Under the pieces are notes generated by a model. That model searched no databases, was not told the origin of the DNA, and worked only from the letters and a program-made list of their open reading frames with translations. A DNA stretch of 64,000 nucleotides, taken from IMG/VR virus record IMGVR_UViG_3300032236_001850, positions 310,001 to 374,000 of that record; one strand, written 5' to 3'. Positions 20,901-30,713 of this stretch are shown in pieces (position 1 is the stretch's first letter; every line of letters begins with the position of its first letter). The translations under genes and the position numbers were made by a program.

Positions 20901-22710
20901 CATAGACGAACTTAGAAAAAAAATACCTTCGGAGATTCTTGATTTTGCAACATACGGAAATAAATCAAGAGATGGACAGGATGTTTATGTGAGAACAACT
21001 GAACCACCAACCGGAGCTTATGGTACAATAAAACTAAACCAAACAATTCTAAGTATTTCTTCCGTTGAATCCTTACAGATCTCGACCGGACAATATGGTT
21101 ATGCAAACATTATAACTCCTGTTGTACATGATCTTATGAGTGGTGACGAAGTAACTATAACCGGTAGTATTCCACAAATTAATGGTAGATGGTATGCTAC
21201 TGTTGTAGATCCGTATACGTTTTATATTCCAGTAACTCTTGATTATTCATGGAGCGGTGTTTTGAATCAAAGTACACCACCACAAAAGCTTTATGTTGAT
21301 ACTTCCATATACAATTCTCAAAAAATACTTGGTAGTGGAAGTTTATCTGTGTATGTTAATGATAGACTTATTGGATATAGTGAAACAGGTGACAGTTTAT
21401 ATAACACTGCAAATGAGATAACTTCAGCAATAAATTCATTAAGAACCTATCCTGATTATTTCGCTTCTTGTGAAAATCCACAGGAAGATCCAGTAACAAT
21501 CACAATTTATGCTCCTAGTGAACTTGGAGCAAATCAGAACGGGGTTTCTTTGAGAGTTCAAGAGAGTGGTTCAATTAATATATTTTCATTTACCCCTTCT
21601 CTAACCGGTGGTATTAATCCTAATGATTATTATGTTTATTGGGATGAAAATATGACAGAATATCCCAATCCAAATCTTAAATATTGGGGAACTAAAAGAT
21701 TGAATTGGGAGATATTCAACGAAAGTACCTGGGAGGATGGTTATGCTCATTCTTGGTATGATTATGAATTTAATAATGATTGGCTTGGTGGATATGAGTT
21801 ACATAGTTTAAGACACCTTGACACATTAAAGATATCGACCGCTAATGAAACTTATCCGTTTCCAGAAACTATGGTTTTCAGCGGGAGTGGTAAATTCAAA
21901 ACGTTAACACTTTCTAGTGCAGCAGCACAACTTAATTCTGCTGGACCTAATATAGAAAATTTTTATTATAGAGTTATACCAGACGACACTGGATCCATGC
22001 TAGCTACGGTTGGGCCAATAAATGTTGTTGTTGGTAATAGTGGATTGGTTAATGGACCGTATTATCCGCCACCGTCATTAGTTGGCGGTAGTCCATTGCT
22101 TATCGCTAATTTTGGTTATACTGGAGGTTCTCCTGTTACAACAACTACAACAACCACGACGACTAGTACAACCACAACAACAACGACAACCACAACAACA
22201 ACTAGTACAACCACAACAACAACGTTGCCTCCAACGACAACGACAACCACAACTGCTCCTCTTTATGATTGTAGTTTGTCTGGAACCGCTGTGGTTAATT
22301 ATCCAACTACAACCACAACAACCAGTACAACAAGTACTACTACAACCACAACTGCTCCACCATATGGAACATTTAGGGTTAGAAATAGTACAGGACATAC
22401 AGTAACAGGTAATTTTCAAATTACCTTGAATTCTGTTCCACAAAATGCTTACAGCGCTGGTTATGCCTCAATACCTCATACTGGATATGTTGATTTACCT
22501 TTAAATGTTTCATATACTACACCAATAACTGGATCATACGTGGTAACATTCTCAGGAACTGGTATAGGTACATCTAATTTATGTCAGTTACTTAATGCAC
22601 ATGTTGTTGGACCTGTTAATTTCACTTATATTGGCGGTAGTCAATATTACGCAGGATTCACTCTAAATAGTGGAAATTCTCAAAATGGATTTGAATTTGG
22701 TGTATATTAA
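17923..22710 (+). CDS. large baseplate wedge protein (gp7/P2 gpI-like segment) with C-terminal mucin-like poly-Thr linkers
   Basis: 1595 aa; FPYIGSYKGLINALKFFGY..IKEYW resembles the gp7/gpI wedge motif; follows gp6-like gene. Confidence 0.6.
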   Translation: MANLNLNFYNKNGNPLNFDYIGPTGPTPLDTKFSHILSDSPLVAGYFEWTDNPDDYTLTLNINDVNNTNLYKWCIEAEDFIAKGATLYLNGLIPVANTNFKGKVSSVTINSNQTFDVVLPKSHFLGQSILSYDTQVYFEGTYENRPGGYFKGNIYFDPISTSLYENQQIFVVQEFLNHSGDLVYGLPHTSNLGLTGGKWRTRWYNDNYGDIDVSEIIFTYAIEDQLEGGDGQPLIVSYPNMVMPVGSSLSDSYSNGFIISNNIVSDAIGINVALNSPDDLENVYERKLIVEDISIGTPQKVIEIDFYGQTVGEDERFKVLLENIGRSFYNSDSIILRDHDPAEPVPNFLEINEKRKELLIAGEDIFPYIGSYKGLINALKFFGYQDMRIKEYWLNLNYKNLKLESPLQQNQSFLNKIKNEQAKNGYSQSYTIGDVLDNENSGKYKLTQTYGPDNKGNYVLNVTSENSQLPSKSLKKTSLFGLYYDLNKVTDDVDEYGYPVVVDAFKFTQEEVLIKIFALKQRLKRDYLPLNARIIDITGEGVYFMIQNTRSWTDQMLRSDINIGYDFDFFPNPDFGFIEDLRNFTVRPNPNYIQIPSSYDNSYSIDVSFPGGTGSAIRFTGDIPNGITGDNPILKLQAGKSYTFNVTDTNSTGSNLNITSFAGFPNYPYQWSTNTPTGIVNNGATGGYSLQWYIAPDASGTIHYYSTTNPSLMSGVIQIVPATVSDLGNIINPLDVQQNYTAAQNESLLSAIAKFYDLKQNGEILELGDGRFDPPAYIDPVTGKMYETPVGMPVILELSANKWIWNELNIDWDALLVPTYRPGDRVKVKATGIFGSVITVYYSNGEYEIALDNSTTGIFGEAELYSGVQNYSMLNWKNIDFSNMMEIEWILNKSATQTGTPYHFEFRGSIVDYYKLAHFLPYTGEYQVICNTYDAFNAKTTVIKNASIYVDPKTVDIDSWTRYREVENYLWDNVDREWREYESIWEYPAEGSTIDELRKKIPSEILDFATYGNKSRDGQDVYVRTTEPPTGAYGTIKLNQTILSISSVESLQISTGQYGYANIITPVVHDLMSGDEVTITGSIPQINGRWYATVVDPYTFYIPVTLDYSWSGVLNQSTPPQKLYVDTSIYNSQKILGSGSLSVYVNDRLIGYSETGDSLYNTANEITSAINSLRTYPDYFASCENPQEDPVTITIYAPSELGANQNGVSLRVQESGSINIFSFTPSLTGGINPNDYYVYWDENMTEYPNPNLKYWGTKRLNWEIFNESTWEDGYAHSWYDYEFNNDWLGGYELHSLRHLDTLKISTANETYPFPETMVFSGSGKFKTLTLSSAAAQLNSAGPNIENFYYRVIPDDTGSMLATVGPINVVVGNSGLVNGPYYPPPSLVGGSPLLIANFGYTGGSPVTTTTTTTTTSTTTTTTTTTTTTSTTTTTTLPPTTTTTTTAPLYDCSLSGTAVVNYPTTTTTTSTTSTTTTTTAPPYGTFRVRNSTGHTVTGNFQITLNSVPQNAYSAGYASIPHTGYVDLPLNVSYTTPITGSYVVTFSGTGIGTSNLCQLLNAHVVGPVNFTYIGGSQYYAGFTLNSGNSQNGFEFGVY
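22138..22353 (+). repeat. low-complexity ACN-codon repeat encoding poly-Thr tracts
   Basis: A run of about 28 Thr/Ser, then LPP-T7-AP, then YP followed by about 16 Thr/Ser; synonymous codons are mixed. Confidence 0.95.
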
Positions 22711-22723
22711 AATTATATAAAAA

Positions 22724-23662
22724 ATGACAGTAACAATACAATTAACAGCAGCAGGAGCAGATACCGGATCATTTTCAATATTTTCCAATTTGGATCTAGT
22801 GACTCCCATAGTAACAGGTATTTCTAGAGCCTCTTTGTTAACCGGGTATGCGGTGGTTGTTCCCAATGGAGCTACAAGTGTTATAGTAAAATCAAACTCT
22901 ACACATTGTACAAATCAAGTAACTATACCTATAACAGGAATAACTACAACAACCACGACAACAACACAGATGTGTACAAGTGCAACTTACGGATATGATC
23001 CCGATATTGGACAAACAGCATGCGATAATTATATAAGTGGACCGAGTGGTCAATCTGTATATCAATGGAATGGATCTATTCTCTATAATTACTCATCTAC
23101 CGATCCTTGCGGATTAACAGCATCTATTGCTGATCCTGGCTATTATTCAGATGGAACGAACATTTGGTATTGGGACGGATCTGGTAGTTTCACCTATGAT
23201 AGTGCATGTAGTAATCTTAGAAATATAACAATCCATGCTAAGAGAAATGGATCAATAGTATCATCCGATAATCACGTAAGAATTGTTGTTAGTCAGGACG
23301 GTGGGGCAACTTGGAATGTAATAACCCCTAATTCAGTATTAACAGCCTCCTTTACATCAACAAATCAATGGACATACAGTGCAACTGCAGGAAATCCTTT
23401 ATGGATTGGTGCACTCCTTAGTGATGCTTTTACTGGAATCTCATTTGGTTCGGCCCTATCACCATCAAACACAACCTGTTTAAATCTTATGGCATATTGT
23501 GGTAATCCTTCGACTGTATCAGTGGTAGCTCCTGGGTGTACTTCCTTTGCTGGTCCGTTCTCATATAATTATGGAATAGTTAGCACTGATGCTGACATAT
23601 ATTTGAATTTTAATACGGTGTATGACGAGTTTTTAGGTAATATTTATATAAGATGCTATTAG
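22724..23662 (+). CDS. Cys-rich putative virion surface protein with a Thr8 linker
   Basis: 312 aa; small beta-rich N-terminal domain, TTTTTTTT at 22943-22966, several Cys. Confidence 0.65.
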   Translation: MTVTIQLTAAGADTGSFSIFSNLDLVTPIVTGISRASLLTGYAVVVPNGATSVIVKSNSTHCTNQVTIPITGITTTTTTTTQMCTSATYGYDPDIGQTACDNYISGPSGQSVYQWNGSILYNYSSTDPCGLTASIADPGYYSDGTNIWYWDGSGSFTYDSACSNLRNITIHAKRNGSIVSSDNHVRIVVSQDGGATWNVITPNSVLTASFTSTNQWTYSATAGNPLWIGALLSDAFTGISFGSALSPSNTTCLNLMAYCGNPSTVSVVAPGCTSFAGPFSYNYGIVSTDADIYLNFNTVYDEFLGNIYIRCY

Positions 23663-23705
23663 AAACAAACTTTGCTAGCTATCTATAATAATTAAAAGCT
23701 AATTG

Positions 23706-24668
23706 ATGTTAAATAAGGTTGTTTTTATTTGTGCCCAACCGGATGTTCCATATTTTCATTGGCAAGTGGAGGTTTTCATTCATAATGCAATGAAAAGTGG
23801 AATAAATCCAAATTGGATAGAAATTTTGTTCGGATATGATAATAACCCATCCCCCGAAGGTATGGCTCTTGCTAGAAAATATCCGTATGTGAGGGTTTTC
23901 TTTTATAAGAAGGATGTAATTGAAAATTACGGGTACATTCCAATAATAAGACCAAATATTCTTGCAAAACATTTTGCAGCATATCCTGGATTATCTGATG
24001 AAAATATTTTTTATCATGACTCTGATATAATATTCAGAGAACTCCCAAATTTTGATTCCTTAATAAAAGATAAAACATGGTATCTTAGTGATACTGTTTC
24101 ATATATAGGATCAGATTATATAAAGGGAAAATCTGTTGAATTATTCAACGAGATGTGTAATATAGCTGGTGTTGACCCTTTGTTAGTGGAGGAGAACAAT
24201 AAAAATTCAGGGGGTGCTCAATATTTAATGAAGGGAATAGATAGCGATTTCTGGAAGGAAGTCGAGTTTGTTTCCCTTGATCTTTATAAATACATGAGCG
24301 ACAGGGAGACGGAGGAAAGAAATAAATTATCAGAAACTGAGAATGAAACTTATAATCCAATCCAAAAATGGTGCGCAGACATGTGGGCAGTATTATGGTG
24401 CGGACTTAAAAGAGGTAATGAAATTAGAATATCTGATGAGCTTGGATTTAGCTGGGGATCATCCTACGGTACAACTGAATGGTACAAATATAAAATCATG
24501 CATAATGCCGGTGTAACTAATAATTTAAACGGCAAGGTTTTCTACAAAGGTGATTTTATAAACGAAGCTCCATGGGATCACGATTTTAGTGATATTGATA
24601 AAACCCACAATTCATATAACTACGTCCAAGCAATATTGTACGCTAAGGAAAAAAGGGATTCCCAATAG
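23706..24668 (+). CDS. GT-A glycosyltransferase resembling peptidyl-Ser/Hyp O-glycosyltransferases (GT96/GT95-like)
   Basis: DxD motif FYHDSDIIFR; PYFHWQ..HN..KSG, YIPIIRP, GGAQYLM, KWCADMWA and late HN motif; ATG at 23706 preferred over TTG at 23703. Confidence 0.7.
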   Translation: MLNKVVFICAQPDVPYFHWQVEVFIHNAMKSGINPNWIEILFGYDNNPSPEGMALARKYPYVRVFFYKKDVIENYGYIPIIRPNILAKHFAAYPGLSDENIFYHDSDIIFRELPNFDSLIKDKTWYLSDTVSYIGSDYIKGKSVELFNEMCNIAGVDPLLVEENNKNSGGAQYLMKGIDSDFWKEVEFVSLDLYKYMSDRETEERNKLSETENETYNPIQKWCADMWAVLWCGLKRGNEIRISDELGFSWGSSYGTTEWYKYKIMHNAGVTNNLNGKVFYKGDFINEAPWDHDFSDIDKTHNSYNYVQAILYAKEKRDSQ

Positions 24669-24689
24669 TTTTTGTGCCTATTTTATTTA

Positions 24690-24697
24690 GATATATA
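24690..24697 (+). promoter_or_regulatory. GATATATA motif, putative late promoter
   Basis: Intergenic, 20 nt before ATG 24718. Confidence 0.55.
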
Positions 24698-24717
24698 ATC
24701 TGAATATAAATCGACAG

Positions 24718-26598
24718 ATGGCAGATCAACAATTAGGTATAAATCAAGGGGATCATATTTATTATTATGACCTTAGCACCGGAGGGTTATCAAGAAATTG
24801 GACTTTCCAGGGAGGAACACCGCCCGGTGCTACTTCATATGGACCTGATGTTAGATATTATGGCGTTAATTATGATGGATATAGCACGGGATTGGTTATA
24901 ACTGGTGCAGGTGGTATAACTGCTGCTGCATACAAACCAAACATAATTGTGGTTTATCCTGAGATATTCGATCCTGGCATCCAGATAACGCAGGGTATGG
25001 CTGAGGTTATTGATAGCCCAATGAGTAAGGTTGTTACATATTCAGTATCTGGATCTGCAAGTAGTGGTTTTTCTATGTATAATTGGACCATACCTCAATT
25101 AGGTCCAACATCCGGATCCCTATTATCTTATGTGAATTATGCTTGTACTGATTGGTACACCCTAACTGGAAGCTATCTTGGATCTCCAAATGCATCTTAT
25201 GTTGCAACTGTAGGTCTGGATGTTATCTCAACTGTGGGTAACGAATCTGCTATGACAGCATCATTTAATTTCAGAAAGATAGGAGTTGTTGAGAACGTAA
25301 ACTATTGGTCACCCGGTACATACGCAACAGCTGGGAGATATTACGACTCCTCAACATTGCCACAAAGAACCTCTGCGTTAGGTTTAGGTGGAACCTCTTT
25401 AATATTTAAGATTGATCTTGCTCCTTATACCCCGAAGTGGAATAATACAAGTTTTCATTCCACTCAAGAAGCTGTTTATTTTTGGCCAAATAGTCCCGAC
25501 GTTTCTAAAACATATTCTTCGATAAAAACAAATATCATACTTAACGGTTCTGCTCTATCTAGCGCAGGTATAACTGGTGGATACACAACATCTCCAAGGA
25601 CAATGTCTGGTAATTATATAATACCTGGGGACATAGCATCAAATTTCAATAGTAAATTTTACATCAGTGATAATCTATCCGGTAATATTTTTACAACCCT
25701 GGTTGATGGACTCAGGAAATGGAACACTGCTGCAGTTAGTGATTTTGTTTTAAATAAATACTATCTCTCCGGGTCAAGTAAGTTTATAGAACTTGGCGGA
25801 TATAAGAAGGTTTTTATAGAAAGCCCTGATCCATTAGGTTTTGGTTACTTTATTAGACCACCTTTTGCTGATCTTGCATCGGGAATAGGGTATAAGAATA
25901 ATTATCTTAGTTATCTTTGGGATGGTGGATGGGCAGCAGAAGATGGCTACGGTTTACCAACCTCTGCATATCACGGCATTTGTATACCCACAAGTGCTTT
26001 TATAGAGGAAATATACGGTGGAGGTGTTGTTAATGTAGATGTGAGAATAATATTGAAAGATTCTGCAGGTTCCACCATAACGGATTTCCAATTCGATCTT
26101 TCAGCTTCAAGTAATACCGGTAATACCCCAGATTTTTACATGATAAGTGCTTGCGATACCTCATATGGTAACTTTTCAGGAATAGTAACTTTGCTAAATG
26201 CAGGGATAGCGGCTAGACCCGGTGGGCTTTCCAATAATATAATATTTGAATTAAATAATAGTCTTGCACCATATTACGATGGTGGTGCGGAGGGAATTTA
26301 TTTGGCTAATTCTTATTTTGGTGGGATGAAGATGTCAATTAAAGATCCTAAAACGAGTTCAACTTATTCCAACCGTTATATACATTCCATGGAAATATCA
26401 TGGGGATCTCAGATGCAAAGCTTTTTAACTGAAGTTGGATTGGATTTTGGACCTTTCCCAACAGCCCCTTTTGCATCTAGCGTTACTGCTAGTGGAGCTG
26501 CTATGGCATCCTGGACGGGTCTACCGTCCAAAATAACAGTCCCAACATCATCATATACTAATTATTTTAGAGGTTGGAAAATTGGTGGGTCTTTATAA
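24718..26598 (+). CDS. putative virion protein with N-terminal PKD-like domain
   Basis: YYDLSTGGLSRNWTFQGGTP...PDVRY is a PKD-type pattern; G/S/T/Y-rich. Confidence 0.6.
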   Translation: MADQQLGINQGDHIYYYDLSTGGLSRNWTFQGGTPPGATSYGPDVRYYGVNYDGYSTGLVITGAGGITAAAYKPNIIVVYPEIFDPGIQITQGMAEVIDSPMSKVVTYSVSGSASSGFSMYNWTIPQLGPTSGSLLSYVNYACTDWYTLTGSYLGSPNASYVATVGLDVISTVGNESAMTASFNFRKIGVVENVNYWSPGTYATAGRYYDSSTLPQRTSALGLGGTSLIFKIDLAPYTPKWNNTSFHSTQEAVYFWPNSPDVSKTYSSIKTNIILNGSALSSAGITGGYTTSPRTMSGNYIIPGDIASNFNSKFYISDNLSGNIFTTLVDGLRKWNTAAVSDFVLNKYYLSGSSKFIELGGYKKVFIESPDPLGFGYFIRPPFADLASGIGYKNNYLSYLWDGGWAAEDGYGLPTSAYHGICIPTSAFIEEIYGGGVVNVDVRIILKDSAGSTITDFQFDLSASSNTGNTPDFYMISACDTSYGNFSGIVTLLNAGIAARPGGLSNNIIFELNNSLAPYYDGGAEGIYLANSYFGGMKMSIKDPKTSSTYSNRYIHSMEISWGSQMQSFLTEVGLDFGPFPTAPFASSVTASGAAMASWTGLPSKITVPTSSYTNYFRGWKIGGSL

Positions 26599-26618
26599 AA
26601 AATTAATAAAATAGATAA

Positions 26619-29600
26619 ATGGCAAGTTACAGCTTAATAATGAATCAAATAGCTCTAGATAGTGAATTCTATGTTTGGGGATGTGGTCAGGATCTTAGGA
26701 GATTCAATGGTGATTCTTGGGAATATTATGATTATACTAATTCTGCAGTTCCTAGCGGATTTCCATATTTTCTTGATACTAGAAGTATTGACATTGATAA
26801 TGAAGATGTTTTATGGTGTGGAGTTGCACAGGGGCCAACTGCTGGACTTAATGAAGTTGCAGTTTTTTCTATGAATACAAATGATGTTTCTTTGGGAAAA
26901 AGTTGGAAATTTTCAGATCTTGGGGTCTTTAATCAACCCCAAGAAATATCCCTTGTTTATGCTTGTCCTTTTGGTGATGATGTTCTTGCATTTTCAACTC
27001 CTTTGAATGGTATAGGTGGTACTGGAACTACTGGATATACTGAGGTTAATGGTGTTACTGGCGGTAGACTTTTTTATTATCTGAAGGAAATTGATAAATG
27101 GCAAGAAACAGTACCTGGTTATAAATGGCCTCATATCTACGACATAAAGGCTAAAGGTTACGAGGGAAAGGATTATTTTTATTATGTTGCAACTTCAGAA
27201 GGACTATTTACTATGCCTCAAGGATCGCAGGAGGTACAATACCTAGATTCTGTTGGTGAGATAGTGGAGCAGGTTGAGGTTTATAATACAAAAACCTCGG
27301 AAATAATATCCGATAACATTTACTCAATAGATCTTGACGAGGATGGAAATCTTTGGATTGGAACTGATCTTGGCTTATCTTTTTTTAATGGCAAAAAATT
27401 CTGGAATTTCCCAAATGACCAGTATGTTGGTGTTGATGGACCAGTAACTAAAGTTCTTTCTAGACCTAATGGACACGTGTTTTTCACTATTGGTGACGGT
27501 GAATTACATCAAGGTACAGGTTTTTATCATTTTAATGGATCAAGCATTAATAATTTTACCGATGGATCTCCATCCCCAAGTAGTACACAAACTTATATAG
27601 GAAACAATGATGTTCTTGATTTGAAATTAATAAAGCATAACACCAAACAGGGAAATCTCACCCTTTATGAAAATTCATTATGGGTTCTTTGTTATAATGA
27701 TCTTGCATCATTTAATTACGATCAACCGCACGTTTATGGTTCTTCCAGAAATGCTGGTGCAACAGGTTGGAACTTTACATATTTTAATGAAGCTAAAGGA
27801 TTGGACAATATTCCAATACCAAAGGTTAACAAATACACCTGGTCATATCCAGAATGGAGAGTTTATCAGGACGAATACCTTGCTAAAAGATTTCCAGGTC
27901 TTGACGAAAGAAATCTTTTTCTCACCACAAAACTGAGCGATATAGCTGACGGAAGTGCAGGAAAGCAGTCATATTGGAATAATTGGCCAATTCAAACTTT
28001 TGAAGATAAGCAAAAGGAAGATTCAATACAACCAACTTACTTCAACAATCAGATAACATTAGCACATTTGTCACCACCTGATATATTTGGACAACTAAGT
28101 GGATCTATAACAATAACTTGTTCAACTTCTTTAAAAACGAGACATGGTATAAAATATTACGTTGGTGGATATCTAAATGGAAATGTTGAAGCAACATTTG
28201 GTTATGATTACAATGGTAATCCTATTTCTTTGAAGAATCTTAATCCAACTTTGGGAGGTAACATAGATTATGGAACATATCCATCAAATTCTCATGATTA
28301 TGGTGCAATGGGATTTGTTGTAACGTTTAGTGAATATGGCACTGTTGATGCGATAATTCCATTTAGAGGTTATAGAACATACGTTCAGGATATTGCACCT
28401 TCCGAGGATGAAAATTTTATTGCTGTTTCTGGTTATTTTTCAAGGTTTATAGAGAATGGTCCGTATATATGGGATTCTTTAGAAACAGAAAATGCATTGA
28501 GAGGTGGTCCAACAGGAGCACCAGCTGGATTAACTAATAATAATTATTACACTTCTCACTCCTCTGATTTTCCTTGGTGTAATTCAACATCAACTATAGG
28601 ATCTGGAACTTGGCAATACACAACAACGGTTCCACCAATAAGTACTGGTTTTAATGTGAATTTTCAGAATAATCAAAATTTTGAGGAAGTTGTTTCTTTC
28701 TCCTTCAATTATAATGATATTTTTGGTAACCAAACAAGTCAATTACAGTCGTTCGTTACTGGTAACGTTCTTAATGTAACGTACGGTGCTGTTAACGCAT
28801 CCTATATAATAAATTCTGTAGAGAATATTGAGACTCTTTCTGGTCTTATCTATAATGTTACTTATGCTTCTGGTGCAACTGGTCCTTTCACTCCCACACC
28901 TGGTAGTAATTATAATTTCCTCTTCTATGATACAAAATCTGGAGTTTTTCCCGCAGTTAAAGGACTAAGATCCAGAGCTCAATATTGGAACACAAACCAA
29001 ATCATCTGTAATAGTCCATTCGTTGCTAAAATTGGTAGGGATCTAGGAAATACCACCTCATTTACAGGGCTAGGACAGAATTCAGATTTTACAAGTGATG
29101 TTAGAAAATCTTACAGAGGTCTTGGCTTCAGACATTTTCCTGCAAAATATATGTCGAAAAGAACAGATCTTAAAAATTCCAAGGTGGATATAACTAAATA
29201 TTCTATAAATCTTGCATTGTCATCCTTTGTTAATCTTTCCGTTAATAGATCCGTTATAAAAACAGCTGACGTCTCAACCCTTAAAAATCTTTGGAAAAGA
29301 ACCAATGATGGATTTTATACAAGCGAGAAAATATTAGGAACAACATACCCAATATCACAAACTTGGTCCGGGGATTCCGTTATGTCATATGTTAGATTAT
29401 CTTCCGATGATTTGTCATTAATGGCAACAACAAATTCACAAACGTATCAAATTGGATCTTTAACATCCTCAACTAAAAATCTTAGTATTGCTAAGTCCAT
29501 GCATAATGATTCAAGTACTATCATAACAGGTAATTCTAATAGATCATTTAGTATGGCAGGAATAGATTTTTTTAATGGTACTCAGGGAACATATAATCAA

Positions 29601-30713
29601 TTCTATATCCTTATCGATGGTAAAGGTTTAGGAATAACCGGCGGATACGTGAATGGTAAATCTGGATCTTCGTATTTACCTAAAGCCACGAATGATCAAT
29701 CAGTTTATTATGTCACGACTGAATTTGGAGCATCTGGTAGCTATTTTGGAAATAATTTTATTGCTGAATCCGCAACTGGTTCCTATTTCCTTACATCAAC
29801 GATAACTGAACAGGGAACACCGAAGACTTTCTATAAAACTTTTGTTGGAAGACCTTCCATCTCAACTTTCCTTGATGATGTTGAGTTATCGGGTGATGAT
29901 CAATATTTAATAACATATAAAACGATAGGTTCCACAAATCCACCGTTTTATAACATGCTTAAAACTGATTTAACTGGTGTTCCTCTTGCTTCTATTAATT
30001 TTGGTGGTGCGAATCTAAATTGTTTTACTTCCACAACTGATCCGGATGGAAATATTTTTATGTCTGGTTATTATTACAGAACAGATGGATTTGATTATGA
30101 TGGTTACATATATTTGTCGAACGATAGTGGATTCAGTCTCTTATCAAAAAGACATAAAGCAGATCTTGGTTTAAATATGGGTCAAATTATATCAAGACCT
30201 GGATCCGGTGCATGGACATGGTGTGATGTTCACTCTACAAATAGCGGAATGCAAATACCACTAATGACAACGGTTGTCTTTAATAATTATGCTTCCAACA
30301 TATACGGCAAGAAAAATAATAAATGGATACTTAGTGATTCTGTGACTGGTGAGGAGATTTTAAACGTAAAAAACACCCCTTATTTCATCTATACTTTTAC
30401 AGCACCTGGTAACTATACAATTTACAATAGTGTTGAGGACGCGGCAGGTAACGTGTACGTACAGACCAATCCTGGGTACATCGAAGTTATAAATCACAAA
30501 CAAAAAAATCCAAACGATAAACGTCCGGATTTTGTTAATTCGTTTGATTATGGACAGCCTGAAGTATTTCCTGGAAGAGATTATCAAGTTCATAAATTAG
30601 CTAAAGATATGGAACAAGAACAAGCCTCTATATTAAAAGGTGAAGCCGTTCCTTTTGGTGCAGGCTTTACAGTTTATCATAATCCTGATGCAACATTTAG
30701 ACAGGATGGATAA
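26619..30713 (+). CDS. large putative virion protein with beta-propeller repeats and a C-terminal PKD-like segment
   Basis: IYSIDLDEDGNLWIGTDLGLSFFNG (two-component regulator propeller-like repeat); YTFTAPGNYTI. Confidence 0.6.
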   Translation: MASYSLIMNQIALDSEFYVWGCGQDLRRFNGDSWEYYDYTNSAVPSGFPYFLDTRSIDIDNEDVLWCGVAQGPTAGLNEVAVFSMNTNDVSLGKSWKFSDLGVFNQPQEISLVYACPFGDDVLAFSTPLNGIGGTGTTGYTEVNGVTGGRLFYYLKEIDKWQETVPGYKWPHIYDIKAKGYEGKDYFYYVATSEGLFTMPQGSQEVQYLDSVGEIVEQVEVYNTKTSEIISDNIYSIDLDEDGNLWIGTDLGLSFFNGKKFWNFPNDQYVGVDGPVTKVLSRPNGHVFFTIGDGELHQGTGFYHFNGSSINNFTDGSPSPSSTQTYIGNNDVLDLKLIKHNTKQGNLTLYENSLWVLCYNDLASFNYDQPHVYGSSRNAGATGWNFTYFNEAKGLDNIPIPKVNKYTWSYPEWRVYQDEYLAKRFPGLDERNLFLTTKLSDIADGSAGKQSYWNNWPIQTFEDKQKEDSIQPTYFNNQITLAHLSPPDIFGQLSGSITITCSTSLKTRHGIKYYVGGYLNGNVEATFGYDYNGNPISLKNLNPTLGGNIDYGTYPSNSHDYGAMGFVVTFSEYGTVDAIIPFRGYRTYVQDIAPSEDENFIAVSGYFSRFIENGPYIWDSLETENALRGGPTGAPAGLTNNNYYTSHSSDFPWCNSTSTIGSGTWQYTTTVPPISTGFNVNFQNNQNFEEVVSFSFNYNDIFGNQTSQLQSFVTGNVLNVTYGAVNASYIINSVENIETLSGLIYNVTYASGATGPFTPTPGSNYNFLFYDTKSGVFPAVKGLRSRAQYWNTNQIICNSPFVAKIGRDLGNTTSFTGLGQNSDFTSDVRKSYRGLGFRHFPAKYMSKRTDLKNSKVDITKYSINLALSSFVNLSVNRSVIKTADVSTLKNLWKRTNDGFYTSEKILGTTYPISQTWSGDSVMSYVRLSSDDLSLMATTNSQTYQIGSLTSSTKNLSIAKSMHNDSSTIITGNSNRSFSMAGIDFFNGTQGTYNQFYILIDGKGLGITGGYVNGKSGSSYLPKATNDQSVYYVTTEFGASGSYFGNNFIAESATGSYFLTSTITEQGTPKTFYKTFVGRPSISTFLDDVELSGDDQYLITYKTIGSTNPPFYNMLKTDLTGVPLASINFGGANLNCFTSTTDPDGNIFMSGYYYRTDGFDYDGYIYLSNDSGFSLLSKRHKADLGLNMGQIISRPGSGAWTWCDVHSTNSGMQIPLMTTVVFNNYASNIYGKKNNKWILSDSVTGEEILNVKNTPYFIYTFTAPGNYTIYNSVEDAAGNVYVQTNPGYIEVINHKQKNPNDKRPDFVNSFDYGQPEVFPGRDYQVHKLAKDMEQEQASILKGEAVPFGAGFTVYHNPDATFRQDG

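Noticed and set aside
22078-22443. Cys-rich minus-strand ORF and Gln-rich alternative-frame ORF
   Set aside because: Shadow translations of the poly-Thr ACN repeat
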